64,000 nucleotides of DNA from Yuukianura sp. NJ FZ-2021 (Eukaryota): NCBI GenBank assembly GCA_046563655.1, contig CM102290.1:14384001-14448000 (forward strand), given 5' to 3'. Shown piece after piece: positions 39,901 to 53,600 of the stretch (its first letter is position 1; every line of letters starts with the position of its first letter). Both the position numbers and the translations under genes were made by a program. The notes under the pieces are model-generated. The model did no database searches and was not told where the DNA came from. It saw only the letters and a program-made list of their open reading frames with translations.

Positions 39901-42900
39901 GGCCACACAAGAATGCCCACAAGTGAACACAGCGTTAACCCAAGGTCAAGTTAATGTTGACCTGTGACCTTTCCAAGGATTCAATCCATCACAAACACTT
40001 TTAGTACTTACAGCAACTGAGTCCTTGAGTGACGGTGAGCTTCCAGATCGCTGAATGTCAGTCGTGGCTGACAGCGTTTCGATATCCTTCATAAATTCCT
40101 CGACGTTGATCCCGGCGTCACGGAAACAAAAAACGACGCTCTCAGCCTTCAGCTTGTCCGTCTCCGCGCGACGCACGTTCTCTCGCAGCTCGTCCAGTTT
40201 TATGTCAATGTCAGGCCCATTCGGATCATCCGGATCACTCTTTTCAAAAAAACACGTTTTTTCAAAAAGGTTTTTTGAGTTTTTTGAATTTGGTGTTTGA
40301 ACATGACAGCTCATCTGTCAAGAGAGCTTACCTTGTGGCCAGCCTCCTTCAAATCCAAGAACATTTTCACTTTGCGTTGATTCTCACGAATAATTTTGAC
40401 CTGCTTGCCAATGCGGTTGACCCAGTTTTTGGCCTCCATCGTCAACGCAGCGGCCGACGCATGCTCAGTGGTGATCTTGCGACAATTGTCGCCGTCACAC
40501 GGATCAAATGGATAGGAAATGTTTTGTTTCAAAACAGGATAGTACTGAACACAGCACGCCACGTTGTAATCTCTAGACAGCTAAAATTTCAAAATTTTTA
40601 AAAATGGATCCTACAACTTTAGCAAATTCAAACCCATTTTTTCAAATTTTACCATTTGGGCCTGATCCCGGATTTTGGAAAAAGAGTTCTGAGCTGCAGA
40701 GCATGTTAGAAGTTCCGTTCGGCCAATGACTGTCAAGTACTCTCGCAATTTGTCATACACATCTCCTTCAAGCGTCTGAAATTAGTTTTAAAAAAATTTC
40801 AAAATTTTGAAAAAAAAACTTTCTTCTTTTTTGAAAGTCATACCCTGAGGCAAGTATCCATGTCAGTGTTGTAGTATCGATCCTGATGGGCATTAGCTTG
40901 AGCCAGTGCCAAAATGTATTCATTTCTCGCTCCAGTAGACTTTTCTTCACAAGTTTCTTTTTTTGTAGAAAGCTAAAAACAAGTTTTTCAAAAAATTTGA
41001 AAGTTCTCAAACATGAAAAAATTAAACAAAACTAAAAATTCTGAAACTAATCCAAACTTTAGCTTAAAAGAAAAGTAAAAAGAAAAACATTGCAAAAACT
41101 TTTGTAGGGAAAGCATGTTATTCATCAGAATTGCATTAGAATTGAATCATGTGAGATTTTTTTCTCGTTTTTTTTTTTGAAAAACTTTTTTTTTTCGTTT
41201 TCAGCGTCTATCTTTCTTTTTGTATCATCTCACTGCTTTCAAACCCAGCGACAAGCTAATAATGACCAAATTATCTTCAGCATAAGAAAAACATATTACA
41301 TCCGTCATTTTTTTTGAAAGTCATCAAAAAAAATAAAATCTGGGTCATGTTATGCACATTTTTAAACAAAAGTTTCCGGCCGAGTGGATTTGAAAATTGG
41401 AATTCTGCTTTATAAGGAAAAAGCGTAGGTTTTAGTCATGAAATTGGAAAAAACAAAACAAAAAAGGATTATCTTTTTTTTTAATCCAAAAACTAACTCA
41501 GAGAAAGCTTAACCTAATTATGTTTTTGAATTAATAACTTTGATTACTTTTGGGAGAGGAGCTAATTAGCAAAATTTTGGAAAAACATATCAAGATCAAA
41601 AATATTTTAGATCTCAAAGTTTTATTTATTTGCTTACCTTAACGCTGCTCCGTTGAAGTGACGTGAAGGAAGAGAAAATAGATCCCTTTTTCTTTTTCAA
41701 TCTACAAATTTTAAACAAAAGTGAAATTTTTGAAAAAGAAAAATTTTGAAACTGAAATTTTCTTTTTCAGTATGCGAAGAGATCTCTCTCTGAAAACCTA
41801 ATTATGTCTGTCTTCAACGCTCTGACATTTGGAAAACAGAAAACGAAGTCTACATTTCTGAATAAGAATTGAAGTGATAGTTTTCTGAAAAAAAAGAAAT
41901 TTCTTTCATCTTAAAAAAATGAAAAAAAAAGTTTTTTGAATCACACTGTACTTCTTTTCTGAAACAGAATGGAAAGGTCACATTTTTTAAATACAAAATT
42001 CAAAATTAATCATGTCAGCATTTCTAAAGCAATGAGCTGCTCCTAATTAACCAAATTGGAAAAGAATTGAAAATTATGAAAAACTGAAATTATGAAGAAT
42101 GGAAATTACAAAAAATGAAATTATGAAAAACGAAATTATGAAATGATTCTCTAAATGCATGAGGATGTCAACGTGAGCTAAGCATAGCGTGCTTTTACTC
42201 GAAATCTTCTTTACACCGCCCACACATTTTTCCATAAAAGTTCTACTACATATAAATGTGACTTTCACCAGAAAGTGAAAGTCCAAAGGTCAAAGGTAAA
42301 AAAATCACAGGTCAAAGGTCAGAGGTCAAAGGTCACTTTTTTTTAAAAACGGCATGAAAATGTGATTTCTCACTTTTCTTCTGCGTCTGAAGCTTTGACC
42401 CTCGCATCATGTGCCATGTGCTCCTCCTCAAAGTACAGTTTCTTCTGCCGATCCAGTTCGCCCACCGTGACCTGGAGCTCTTTCTGGACATTTTGAAGTT
42501 GGTCCAAGCACTTCCTGGACGCCTGGAGCTTCGCTTGCCGAATTGTCTTCGCATCGTCTGTGATTTGCTGCTGAAATACTTCCACGGCAGCCATTCTCGC
42601 ACGAGCCAACTTCTCCATTTCCTCCAAAACTGTTCGCCAAACATTCCAAACGTTCCTTCAGTGAACATAAGAAAATCAAATTTTGTTACAAATCTTGAAC
42701 TGTTACTTTATTTTGTGCATATTTTTGAAAATGTTTTCTAAATTGGAAAAAACAGTAATACTTTCAATGTATTTTTTGTTGCTCAATAGTCAATATGAAA
42801 CAGAAACTTTTGGGGGCATCGATTCCTGTCTAATCTGCAACCTAAATCCGAAATTCTACAGAAATTTTCGTAATTTCGTATGATTGGCAATTAAATGCAA

Positions 42901-45900
42901 GTTTAGCAACACACCAATAGCTCAGCTAACAAATTTCGCCAGCACTAATAACCTCAACTAAAAAAATTACACAACAGAAACATCCTATTTTGCATCAAAA
43001 ATAACGAACTTTACACAAAAATACGCAAATTTTTAACAAAAAAGGTGAATTTTTTACGAAAACATCAAAGTCTCCTTTGTGTCTCTTTCCGGGATCAGTC
43101 TTTCGTGGAAAAAATATTTATGAAATTTTAAAAATGTCAAAAAAATTCTTCAGCTTAAACTTTTTTGAAACTTTATCTATAGTCGTAAACATGTGAACTA
43201 CAAGTTGGTCAAAGCATGAAATGTGGTCGACACAATCAAAAGAAGTCAAGAGGTCAAAAACTGTTTTTTTTTGTCATTTTTTTGAAACATGCGTTCGGAT
43301 CAATCAACGTCACTTTTTTGCGAAAACCTTCAGCAAAAAGTAGGCGAAGCTCAAAAAATGCCAATCGTGGGAGATAAGTAAGTATATGTCAAATAACGCA
43401 AACTTTTTTTTTTGTGAAAATTTGTGATTTTGGAAATTGCACAAGAGGATTTAAGTGATTTATTTATTGAAATTATTTGCTACCTCTTCCCCACCTCTTT
43501 GCAATGAACAAAAATATCGACCACAATCCAATTCCACTTTTTCCAACAACCTTGTTGTACCGATTCATTTTATGTTTCGGTTCGAACAAAACGGTACTCC
43601 GACACAATTCGAAACCTTCGATACTACGATACAATTGACAACATTGGTCGCCACATTTTCAACTGATGTAAAAATAAAATTACAACCCGACATCTGAAGT
43701 TCCAAAATTCACCGAATTTGACCATTTGATTTTATGTGAAGAAAATAAAAAAAATTAACTTGTAACGTGGATTGCTCAAACTTAACACGAACGGATTGAT
43801 TTGAACAAAATCGATTTGAAAATTTCGGATTTTTTCGGAAATTGGTTTGAAGTGAAGGTAAAAAGAATGTGAAAAAGTTATAAATCAAGAGTGGTCGAAA
43901 CTTACCATTTCTCCTCGTCGTCATCTCCGCGTAGATCAGGAATTGAAGGAATCTTTTTGTTCAAATAGGCTCCAGATACTTTCAACATAGCCTAACAAAA
44001 TGAAAATTTATGTTTTAATTAAAATTATTTTAATTATTAATTTATTTAAGAACATGTTAAGCATGAGGACTTGTTCTAAACATGTTCAACACAAATTCCT
44101 GTTTGGTTATTAATTTAAATAGGTTAGAAATTAAACTTAAGTTCAATTTTCTGTCCAAGATTCAAAATTTAATGTAAATTACCTCAGCGTAGCTTTTTTC
44201 AATAACGGACCGCTGTTTGGTAAAATTCCTATGAAATACAAAAGTTAGACTAGAATTTGTTAAGTTAGTTTAAAATTAGGTTTTAAGTATTAAGTAAACT
44301 AAGTTTAGTTAGCACTATTTAGTTAGTTAACTTTAGTTAGTTTTTACCTAATGTCTTCCAGAAGATCACACTCATGCTGGTTTTTGGCTTGGAGTCGAGC
44401 TACTTGTTCTGTATGGACATGCTTAAGGGTCTTCAGATACGGCCCCTGCAAAAAGTTGTTATAAAATTTTAGTTTAGTTTTCAAAATTTTGAAATTTCTT
44501 TGTCCAAAAACTTAAAATTTTAGAGCAATGTACAATTTCATGCATTTTCTAAGAAAAAAGTTAAGACATTGTGACCCCCATGACCTTTTCACTTTTTCTA
44601 AGCTTTTAGTTTTACCGGCAGCTTCGTTGTTTTGTTCCTCAACTTTTTAGAAAAAGTTTTTCTGAAAAAAAAAGCTTGTACATTTCCTCCCTATTTGCAA
44701 ATCAAATTTGGAAAGCAATTGACGTTGAGTGCACGACTTCAAACAGGAGTATTTAGAAACAGGAAATCAAATTTATTTTAGTGCCTTTCAAAATCACTTT
44801 AAAGTAAAGCCACCCTAACAAAATCAAATTCAAAAAAACTTTTGAAATCAAAAAAGTTTCATTTTTCAAGAATTTCATCAACTGCTTTATGAGTAAAATG
44901 TATGGAGGGGCAATAACGACTTTCACTATAAATTATTTTTATCTTATAATTAAATATTTTTTCCTTAAAATAAAAAAAAAAGTTTACAAAAAGAAAAAAA
45001 AAGTTTTTGAAAAAAATTTTTTTTTTGTATTTAAAAAAAATAATTTTTGTACTTAAAAGTATTTTTCTAAATTAGAAAATTTTTTTATAAATTTAAAAAA
45101 AAAGTTTTAAAGAAAAATATTTTTAGTTGTAAAGTTTTTTTTTTCGTATAGAAAAAAATTTTGTTTTTGGCCGAAAAAATATAAATGTGGAGCACTGTAA
45201 AAAAAACTTTTGCAACAAAAAAATAAAAATATGGAGAAATCCTGAGCTCAGGATTGTGACGTCATAAGCCAGGATTCGGTGGTCACTTGTGTTCTCCCAA
45301 TTGCATACCACGCCACTCCACTGTTGCCGGTTTTGATATTCAGAGAGGACCACGCCGTTGACAAGGCAGTTTTTTCTCGTGCCTGGGAGCAGCGGTGGGT
45401 GGTCCAAATGCTCGGTGGACAATAGACTTGCATAGAATGTCGGTAGCGCTAGTCTGGCGGAAAGAATGAGAAACATGTTTTTCTTTCCAGCGTTATCAAT
45501 TCTGGTCCCTTTTATTGCTGATATCGTGTGTTTCTCCTTCTTTCCGCCAGACTAGCGCTACCTACGCTCTATGCAAGTCTATTGTCCACCGAGCATTTGG
45601 ACCACCCACCGCTGCTCCCAGGCACGAGAAAAAACTGCCTTGCCCTCGCCCTCTCTGAATTTCAAAACCGACAACAGTGGACTCGCGTGGTAAGCAACTG
45701 GGAGAACACAACTGGCCACCGAATCCTGGCTTATGACGACACAATCCCAAAGAAAAAATTTTTCTTTTTTTTTTTTAAAAAAAGTTTTCTCACAGTGCTC
45801 CACATTTATATTTCTTCCGTCAAAAATAAAGTTTTTTTTAAGCGAAAATAAACTTTATAACTAAACAAAATATTTTTTTTCAAAACTTTTTTTAGATATA

Positions 45901-46269
45901 AAAAAATATTTCTAATTTAGAAAAATACATTTAAGTACAAAAATTATTTTTTTTAAATACAAAAAAAAATTTTTTTCAAAACTTTTTTTTTCTTTTTGTA
46001 AACTTTTTTTTTATTTTAAGGAAAAATTTTTTAATTATAACATAAAAATAATTAATAGTGAAAGTCGTTATTCCCCCTCCATAAAAATGTCATTCACCTT
46101 TCCCATTGTTTTTCATTTCGGTAAAAGTGTTCATACCTTCAAGAATTTTTGCCATTTTACGGTTGAATATTTAGTTGTCGATTTGTTTCACATGTTTACT
46201 AAATTGTTGTTTACTGAATAAACGTTTACCAAAAGAGTTGTTTACCTTACGAGCCGGTGGTGGTTGCAT
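36931..46269 (-). CDS. nwk: F-BAR and double SH3 domains protein (nervous wreck / FCHSD2), multi-exon
   Basis: First exon 46269-46246 encodes [12 protein letters not shown] exons include [16 protein letters not shown] and [22 protein letters not shown]3a: CVALYSY...[28 protein letters not shown]3b: ALYDYEA...DGWWEGE. Acidic/proline-rich tail ends at 36931. Confidence 0.92.
44901..46083. mobile_element. Foldback-like element (~1.18 kb; ~570-bp inverted arms, ~50-bp spacer) in nwk intron 1
   Basis: tatggaggggcaataacgactttcac (44901) mirrors gtgaaagtcgttattccccctccata (46083). The arms match through to about 45477 and 45529, and the mirrored ORFs 45123-45476(-) and 45528-45851(+) confirm this. 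AAAATG(T) flanks both ends. Confidence 0.88.
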
Positions 46270-46984
46270 GTTTAAAAATTGAAACGTTTACAAACGTTTT
46301 CAAAATGACAAAACAAGCTGCTGTGACAGAAACGGAAGTAAACGCGTTAAACTTGCAACACAAAGTTTAAAAAACCGCCGCCTCTTCACTTCATGTCTTC
46401 CTTTTTCGAAAATTTGTTTCAATTTTTCAAAATGTTTTCGAGAAGTGGATTTTCAAAAAGTCACGGATCTAGTTTACTACTTCCACAGTTTCACCCCACG
46501 TCAAGTTTCAAAATTTGGAAAAGTTGAACAAACATTGACTAACGTCAAAATAGTTTTTACTTTTCACCTAATCGAGGAAACACGCCTTCATTTCAAACTT
46601 TTTCTCAAAACAAAACATTTTCACTTTTTAGTATGTTGGAACTTTTTAAATTGCAAACTTGGGTTATGGAAATGAAGCACTAGGAGTTGAAATTTTTGTA
46701 AAAACGGTTAAATTTTAGAAATTTTGTTAGAACTTTTTCTAAAAATTGGCTAAGTGGAAGGGAGTAGTTGTGTTCTGTGTTTGATTTGGTGGGTGACTGG
46801 GATGGACTTTCCCTTTTCCCACGTTATACAAAGTCTTAAATTCTCCGACAAATCGGGAAGGACAGCTCATGCTCCGGTTTCTCCGAGAACAGTATTGATC
46901 TTGAACGAGCGGAAGGAAACGCTGTTCAGCGTCGGCGCACAACTCAATCGTGGGAGTGAGGCAGGTAAGAGAGAGAAAATAAGA

Positions 46985-47472
46985 CACATTCCAGGACGGC
47001 CGTGGACGGATACGTATGGACAGATACGTCCATGGACGGTACTTGACGAATAGACGGATAAAATTTAAACCAGCTTATACAGGAGCAGCTACTTTTCACT
47101 GAAATTCATCATATCATATAAATACTTATATAGACATATTTTTATGGACGGATATTCATGGACGGATATTCATGGACAGACATAATTAAGAGTTTGAATC
47201 AACATGCCGGCAGACGGAAATTTATACAAAAATTTTATGTCACCATGTAGACAAATTTTCCTATAGATAAAGGTATAGACGGAAATGGACGTCAGTTGTT
47301 AAATCCGTCTTTTTATGGACGTACAGTATCTAAACCCGTCTACAGCTAAAGTCTCGGTTGAAAAAGTATTGCGATATTTCAAAGGTAAAGTAGACGGAGT
47401 CCATAAGTACTAATGAGTCAACTGCTTTCGTCCATCCGGTTCGTAAAAACTTCCGTCCATGAGTGGCGTGTG
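46985..47472. repeat. Degenerate repeat-rich segment (ggacgga/tccgtcc motifs), possibly a decayed non-autonomous TIR element
   Basis: Many tggacgga/gacgga motifs on the left and inverted tccgtc(c) motifs on the right. CAC...GTG termini, but no TSD seen. Confidence 0.3.
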
Positions 47473-50400
47473 CCGGGAGAGGCGGTGGGTTTTTGGTAAC
47501 GAAAAGTGGAGAGAAAGCGGTTGTTCTTTCTCCTCCTGTTTAATTTTACAATTCGATCTCTGCCAGAAGCAAACGGAAGGATCAAAAGACTTTCACCAAC
47601 ATTCACCTTCAAAAAGGCGCTCTTTCTCTTTTTTAAAAAAGTTGAACAAAAAATCTAAATTTCAAAACATACACAAACTGTCGAACGTCTTAAAACCTTT
47701 TAAAGTTGCCATAAAGAAATTTTCTATTCTAAAACTATCAGTTTTTGGAAAGAAAAGAGAAAAGAATTTGCTAACTTTTTTCCACTTGAATCATTTCTAT
47801 TTCAAAATTTGATATTTTTTGGAAACTAAAAATGCTTAACTTACCGGGAGGATCCAATCCATCAACGAAGTGTAAATTTGTAAAGCACTGGTAGCAATAG
47901 ACGGCTGATCCAAAATTTCAGAATTTTCAAAATTTTGAATTTCAGGAACGCCTATTGCCCCTTCCGTGTCAACTTCCATTTCAAAACTTTTTTTAAAACT
48001 CTTTTTTTAAATTTGAAAATTTAGAAACCTAACAACATTTCACTAAAAATTAAAATGCTAAAACAAAAAAAAACTTTGGAAAGAATACAACAGTTTTGTT
48101 CGACTGCTTTGGAACGAGTGCTAAAAAATTCTTTTTTGCTCACACAAAATTTGACGTCAAAAAATTTTAAAAATACGAAACACAAAAATAGCGATGATGA
48201 AAACCATACTTCAGTCTATAACATATCAAGTTCCGTGTAACCGAATACTGTAACATGTTTCAAAATTTTGGCAATTTGCAAAAATTGGCAAAAAGGAACT
48301 CAAAACTCAGTCAAATCACAACGTTTTTTAAATTTCGATTTTTTAATTTTTCTTCAACCAAATTCCGCTGATTTTTCCTTCAGCGAATTTTCACCAGCAA
48401 ACATCAAATCGCCGGATTTTTTCTGTGGAAACAATTTTTTCATTTTCCCCTTTTTCATAACTTTATATTTCTAAATTTAACAACAATAGAATTAGTTAAT
48501 GTAGTGAGGGGGGCGTGGGAAAGTTATTAAGTTTACATGATTAGATTGTTTTTTTTTCATTGAATTCATTTTTTAACTAACCTAATTTGGCCTAACTTTA
48601 AAGCTTAACCTAACCACGGAGTAATCTTAGCTTAACTCTTAAAAGTTTTGCTCATTTTTCAAGCTTTTCTTTAGAAAAAAAAATTTAGTAATGATCATCA
48701 CTTCCATTTCAAAAAAATAATAAAATCAACAAAAGAGAAAAAACTAAAAGTCACGATTGGATTAACAATTTTTACAAAAAAAAAATGTTGAATTACTTTA
48801 ACTATCTTTAGTTACTTAAACTTAGTTTTTTCTTTACAGATTAACCTAAATTAAATTACAGATTAACTAAACTTACATTTTTGTCTAACATTCTAGCACG
48901 ACCACAAGTATTTTTAATGTACACACCACAGGAGAACATAAGAAGATGGCTAATAATTGCGACAAGGTCATCCAGAGGTCAATGACCTTCAAAAAGGTCA
49001 TTGACCTTAATTCACACAATGAGCATATAGTATACCAACATTTTTGTGGGAGAGCGTACAGTTAGGTTAATAACCTAACAAATTTACAAAATCCATTTTA
49101 CAAGTATTGGTAAGACAAATAATGTCACTGTCTTTGGATATTCTACGATTTACGCCGAGTTTTTACAATTTACGCCCTTTTTACATTTTTACGAATTAAT
49201 TTACGGATTATCAATCATGTACAATGAAGCACAATTCTTTCCAGCGCTCTTTTTATCCAAATCTTTTTAAAAATTTGCGTTGATAGCCGCATTCTAAAAC
49301 GCTACGAAAACTGCTCAAAAGCTGAGCCCCGTGCAAGCAGCCAGAATTGGTCTTCTGCGCACTACTCTCGCGCAGCGGAAGAACCCCGTGATTCACTAGT
49401 CAACCAATCAAACCTTTTCAGTGAGTCACGTGCTACGAGTCATGAGTCAATGACTCACGAGTCATGAGTCATGAGTCAAAAAGGGAACCGTGACCTTTGA
49501 CCTCGTTCAAAATCTCTTTTCCCACCAAAAATATCAATCGTTCCTTAACCTACCACAGGATTTTAAAGCGCCTTTGGGAATTTGAATACTGATCGATTTA
49601 GAAATAAAAAATTAGTTAAAGTAAATAAAATTATAAAATTCAATACATGCAATTTAAAATAAAATAAAATTAAAAGTTTAAAAATTTCGAAAAAACGACT
49701 TTAGGCTGTAAAATAATTAGGTTTTTTAATTAATTTGTTAAACTTTAATTTTGTATCACACTCAATTTTTAAATCCAGTAAGAGAAAGTTGTAGAACGCC
49801 AAACCAGGGCGAAAATAAATTCAAACTGAAAACCTCACGAAGTTAAACAAATAATTTTTTTTTCCAAAAAAAAAATTCGAAATTTTTTCCCTACGGTCTT
49901 GATTTAAAATTTACAAAATAACGCACACTTCCCTTACAATTTTGTTCTAAACAAATCTATTCTTCATTTAAAAAAAATCGCGAGCGTTGTTGGAAGCGCA
50001 ACTTCTTGTTCTAAAAACAGCGACCAATTTTTTTAAACAAACTAAACACCGAATTCAAAACAAAAGAGCGAGAAAAAAATTCTAAAAATTTGAAAAATCA
50101 AAAATACTTCAAATTGCTAAAAACAAAAGGACATATTGTATTATTCTCTCAAAACTTTTTCTAAAATACTCAAAACAAAAATGTTGAAAACAAAAAAAAA
50201 AGTTGATTTTAAATAAATCTAATTTTGAAAATTCTAAATATAAATCTACCTTGTTAGTTTCTTGTAAATGTACGCTTCACTTTTTCTCAACGCACCACCG
50301 GTTGATCCGCTTGACATTTCGAGTTAAATTACACAAAAAACATTTTGAAAAGAGATCCTGTTTTTCAAAATTTTTTTGAATCCCAAATTAGCTTTTAGAA

Positions 50401-50600
50401 CAGGAAGATTTCTGGATTTCCAAACTAATTAGAACAATTCTAAAAAAAATCCTCATTATCTTCTCTTCCCACTCAGTTTTCATGCCCATGCTTCCGAAAA
50501 TCCTTGTTTTCAATTCACGTTGTTGTTCATGTTTTCTCCAAAAGTGGGGCTTCTATTTTTGAATTTCCTGGAAAAAACGAAGAATTCCCGCCAAAAACTT

Positions 50601-53600
50601 TTATCTCACTTCACAACTGTCTGACTGTTTTGGATTAGTGTTCTCTCGGTCCACTTCCTTAGTTGTAGCATAACCTTCGTAGCAACGATGCAACTTCAGT
50701 CGAATCGGCATCACTTTTCCTTTCGGTCCTTTCGACAGCGTAGGCGACGTTCCGGTTACGGCCGTGACACTGTTGGATGTCGACGGAATCACGACGACAT
50801 CGGCTGGAGTTGGTTTGAACTTGAGTACGGCCGTGTCAATTCCAGCATCTCCAGCTTGCACTTCATTTGATTTGAGTATTCCTGAATTCGGTGTCGTCCC
50901 GCCTCCTGCTCCAGAATCTTCGGTTTTTCTATGATTCGGTTTCGGACTCGTAGAAGTTCGGAGAACTCCGGAAAATTTGGACTTGAGTGACGCTGAAGGG
51001 GTCCAACTGCACCCACTTCCTTCGCTGCTTCCAGTAAATCCAGAATCTTGTTCCGCTGGAGCGGATTTGTCCGGATGTCCAGCGATTTTGTCCAGCGATA
51101 ACGCTGGAACTGGATCAGGTCCATTTTCTTTTTTCCCGCCACCGTCAATATTGTTGTTGTTCAGAAGCGTCTCCGTCGTGGCCCGATTTTTGCCGAATCT
51201 CAAAATGAGTTTTGGTCCGCCCCCTTCTGAGATGATTTTGACTTGGGAAGATTCCGTTTTGGACAAATCATCGTCATCTTCGTTGTTCCGTTTGCTTTTC
51301 TTTGACTTTTTCTTCTTCTTGCGTTCTCCACTTTTCCCTCGCTCATCATCAGCAAAATCTTGCATAATCTTCTCACGGAACATCAAACTTTGTCTTTTGA
51401 GTTCTTCCATTGGTGGAGGTGGGACTGGAACGCTCACTTCAGCGATTCCGCGCTTCTTCGGCGGTCGTCCTTTGGCTTTCTTAGAGTCCTTGTCACTCAA
51501 GTGATTTGAATCAACTGGTCCCGCTGTTCCTGTCGTACTGCATGTCGCCGAAGAGGAATTGAAATCAGCAAACTTAATTTTCAACTTCGGAGTTGGATGA
51601 TTAACGGCAGTTAGGCTCAAAGTAGACTTGACTTGTGCTGGGCCACTGGATGCTGCGGCAGTATCTCCTCCAGCATCGACTACTGGCGGTGGAACAAAGG
51701 CAGTAGTACTTCGGCTAGGTTTTGCTGCTGCTCGTACTCTCTTCCTCGAACTTGTTTCCAGCAGTTGAGCCGCCAAGTCACCGCGCCACCTCTCTCCTTT
51801 GACTGGATCCAGTAGTCCGAGCGCCGCCATTTCACGGTTCACACCGCGGTTTCTCTTTTTCTTCTCCTGGACTGGAATTGGCGGTGGAGTGGGAAGGGGA
51901 CAAAGGTCACTTGGTTCCAATCCATAGTCGTCTTTTCCACTAGGTATGATCTCCATTGACGCAACTGCTTTTGGTATCGTAATAACTCCTCTGCCATACG
52001 GATGAAAGTGTGAATGGGGGTAGTCTAATCCTGGATTAGTCGGATATCGTCCATCCATGTTCATGTCTTGATTACAATATTGACGCAATAGTTCTTTTTT
52101 CCTCATACGTCTCAGATTTAGTGGATTGTTCATCATGGTTGGAGTGGAATTCATACTGCCAAAAAGTGGTTCATGATGATGCAAATGTGTTGAGGCTTGT
52201 TGATGATGGTAAGTTGAGGCTTGTGTTATGGAATTGGAACTGCTATAGTTGGCATCTAAAAATGGACCTTTGATTTTAACTTTCAGTTGATTACGGGAAT
52301 GATTGTCTTCAGAGAACGTAGTTGTGAAGGAATCTTTAGAACTGGACAGACTTGACTCTCCTCCTGGTCCACTCGACGGCAAATTCTGACTAGTCTGACT
52401 TTTAGTCTGGCCCACCGTTACATGATTCACAGCGACTGGAACGTCTGGCCCTCCTCCAGCAGCGTTTAAGTTTGATTTTGGTACTGGAGAAGTCAGAGCT
52501 TCCAGTGTTTTGTCCAGTTCTTCAAAATCTGGAACAGACGCCATTCCCATGACATTGGTCGAGTTACTGCCCATCATGAGTGATGCAAATTCAGCAGCCG
52601 AAGATGACTTCCGTCCATCAAAGTTAGAGTGTCCAGCATATCCTCCGATGTCAACAGTAGAAGGATTGAATGTCCGCATGTCAACTGGAGCAATGAGGGA
52701 CGTTTGCAGTCCAGAACTTGACCTTTGGCGAGCCGCTTGCCCTCCAATATCATTTTCCGCGATGGTAGATTTTTGACGCGGTGAATTTTTCTCGACTCGC
52801 GGCGGCGGTTGTGGTTCACTTTCCTCTGAATCCTCGGATTTTCTCGTATCACCGCAAATTTCACTCGACTTCCTCCGATCCCGTAAACTTCTCAGATCAA
52901 ACTTATCTTCCGCGTTTTCTTCAAATTCGTCTAGGTCAATGTCGTATACTGTACCAGCCAAATCTTTTCTCACCAGTACATTCTTGCCTTTCGTTTTTCC
53001 ACGGCCAGGACCGCCGCGGCGCGGTGTCGTTGATCCCTTGGCTCCTCTGCCTGGCGACGTTCCACTTGCTTTCCTCTCTCCTTTTCCTTTGCCTTTTGGA
53101 CTCGCTTCTTCCGCAGCCATTTTTTCTTGTTTGACTTTCGGTGTGGTCGGTCTGCGGCCTCTTCCAGCTCCAGCGCCTTTCGGACTAACAGCGATTACTT
53201 GAGCTGCTATGATTGGTGGAGCGTAGTTAGCTCCTCCCCCTTTTTGTGTTGGTTGAATGTTATCGTTGGTCTTATTGGACAAAATGGCGCTGAAATCCGA
53301 AACAGTAGTGCTGGGTGACGTAGAAACCACGGTGGTCATAGCCTTGACAGCATTTAGTGTTGGAGAAACGAGTGGTGAATTATTGCTTGACAGATTTGTA
53401 CAACTGCTGGTAGGACTGCCCAGCATTTTCTGATACTGGTTCATTCTGAACTGGAAGTTGATGTCCATTGCGTTAGCAGCATTTTGTGCTCCAAATCCAG
53501 TATTTTTCATTGGCATCATATGATTGTGGGGATGATTGTTTGAAGCCTGGATGACACTTTCAATGATTTGAGCCACCGTGGACTGCGGCGGTGGTGGTGG

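Noticed and set aside
45123..45851. Pair of similar ORFs (MFL(I/L)LSARLALPT...) on opposite strands
   Set aside because: They are a by-product of the foldback inverted repeat and have no recognisable domain.
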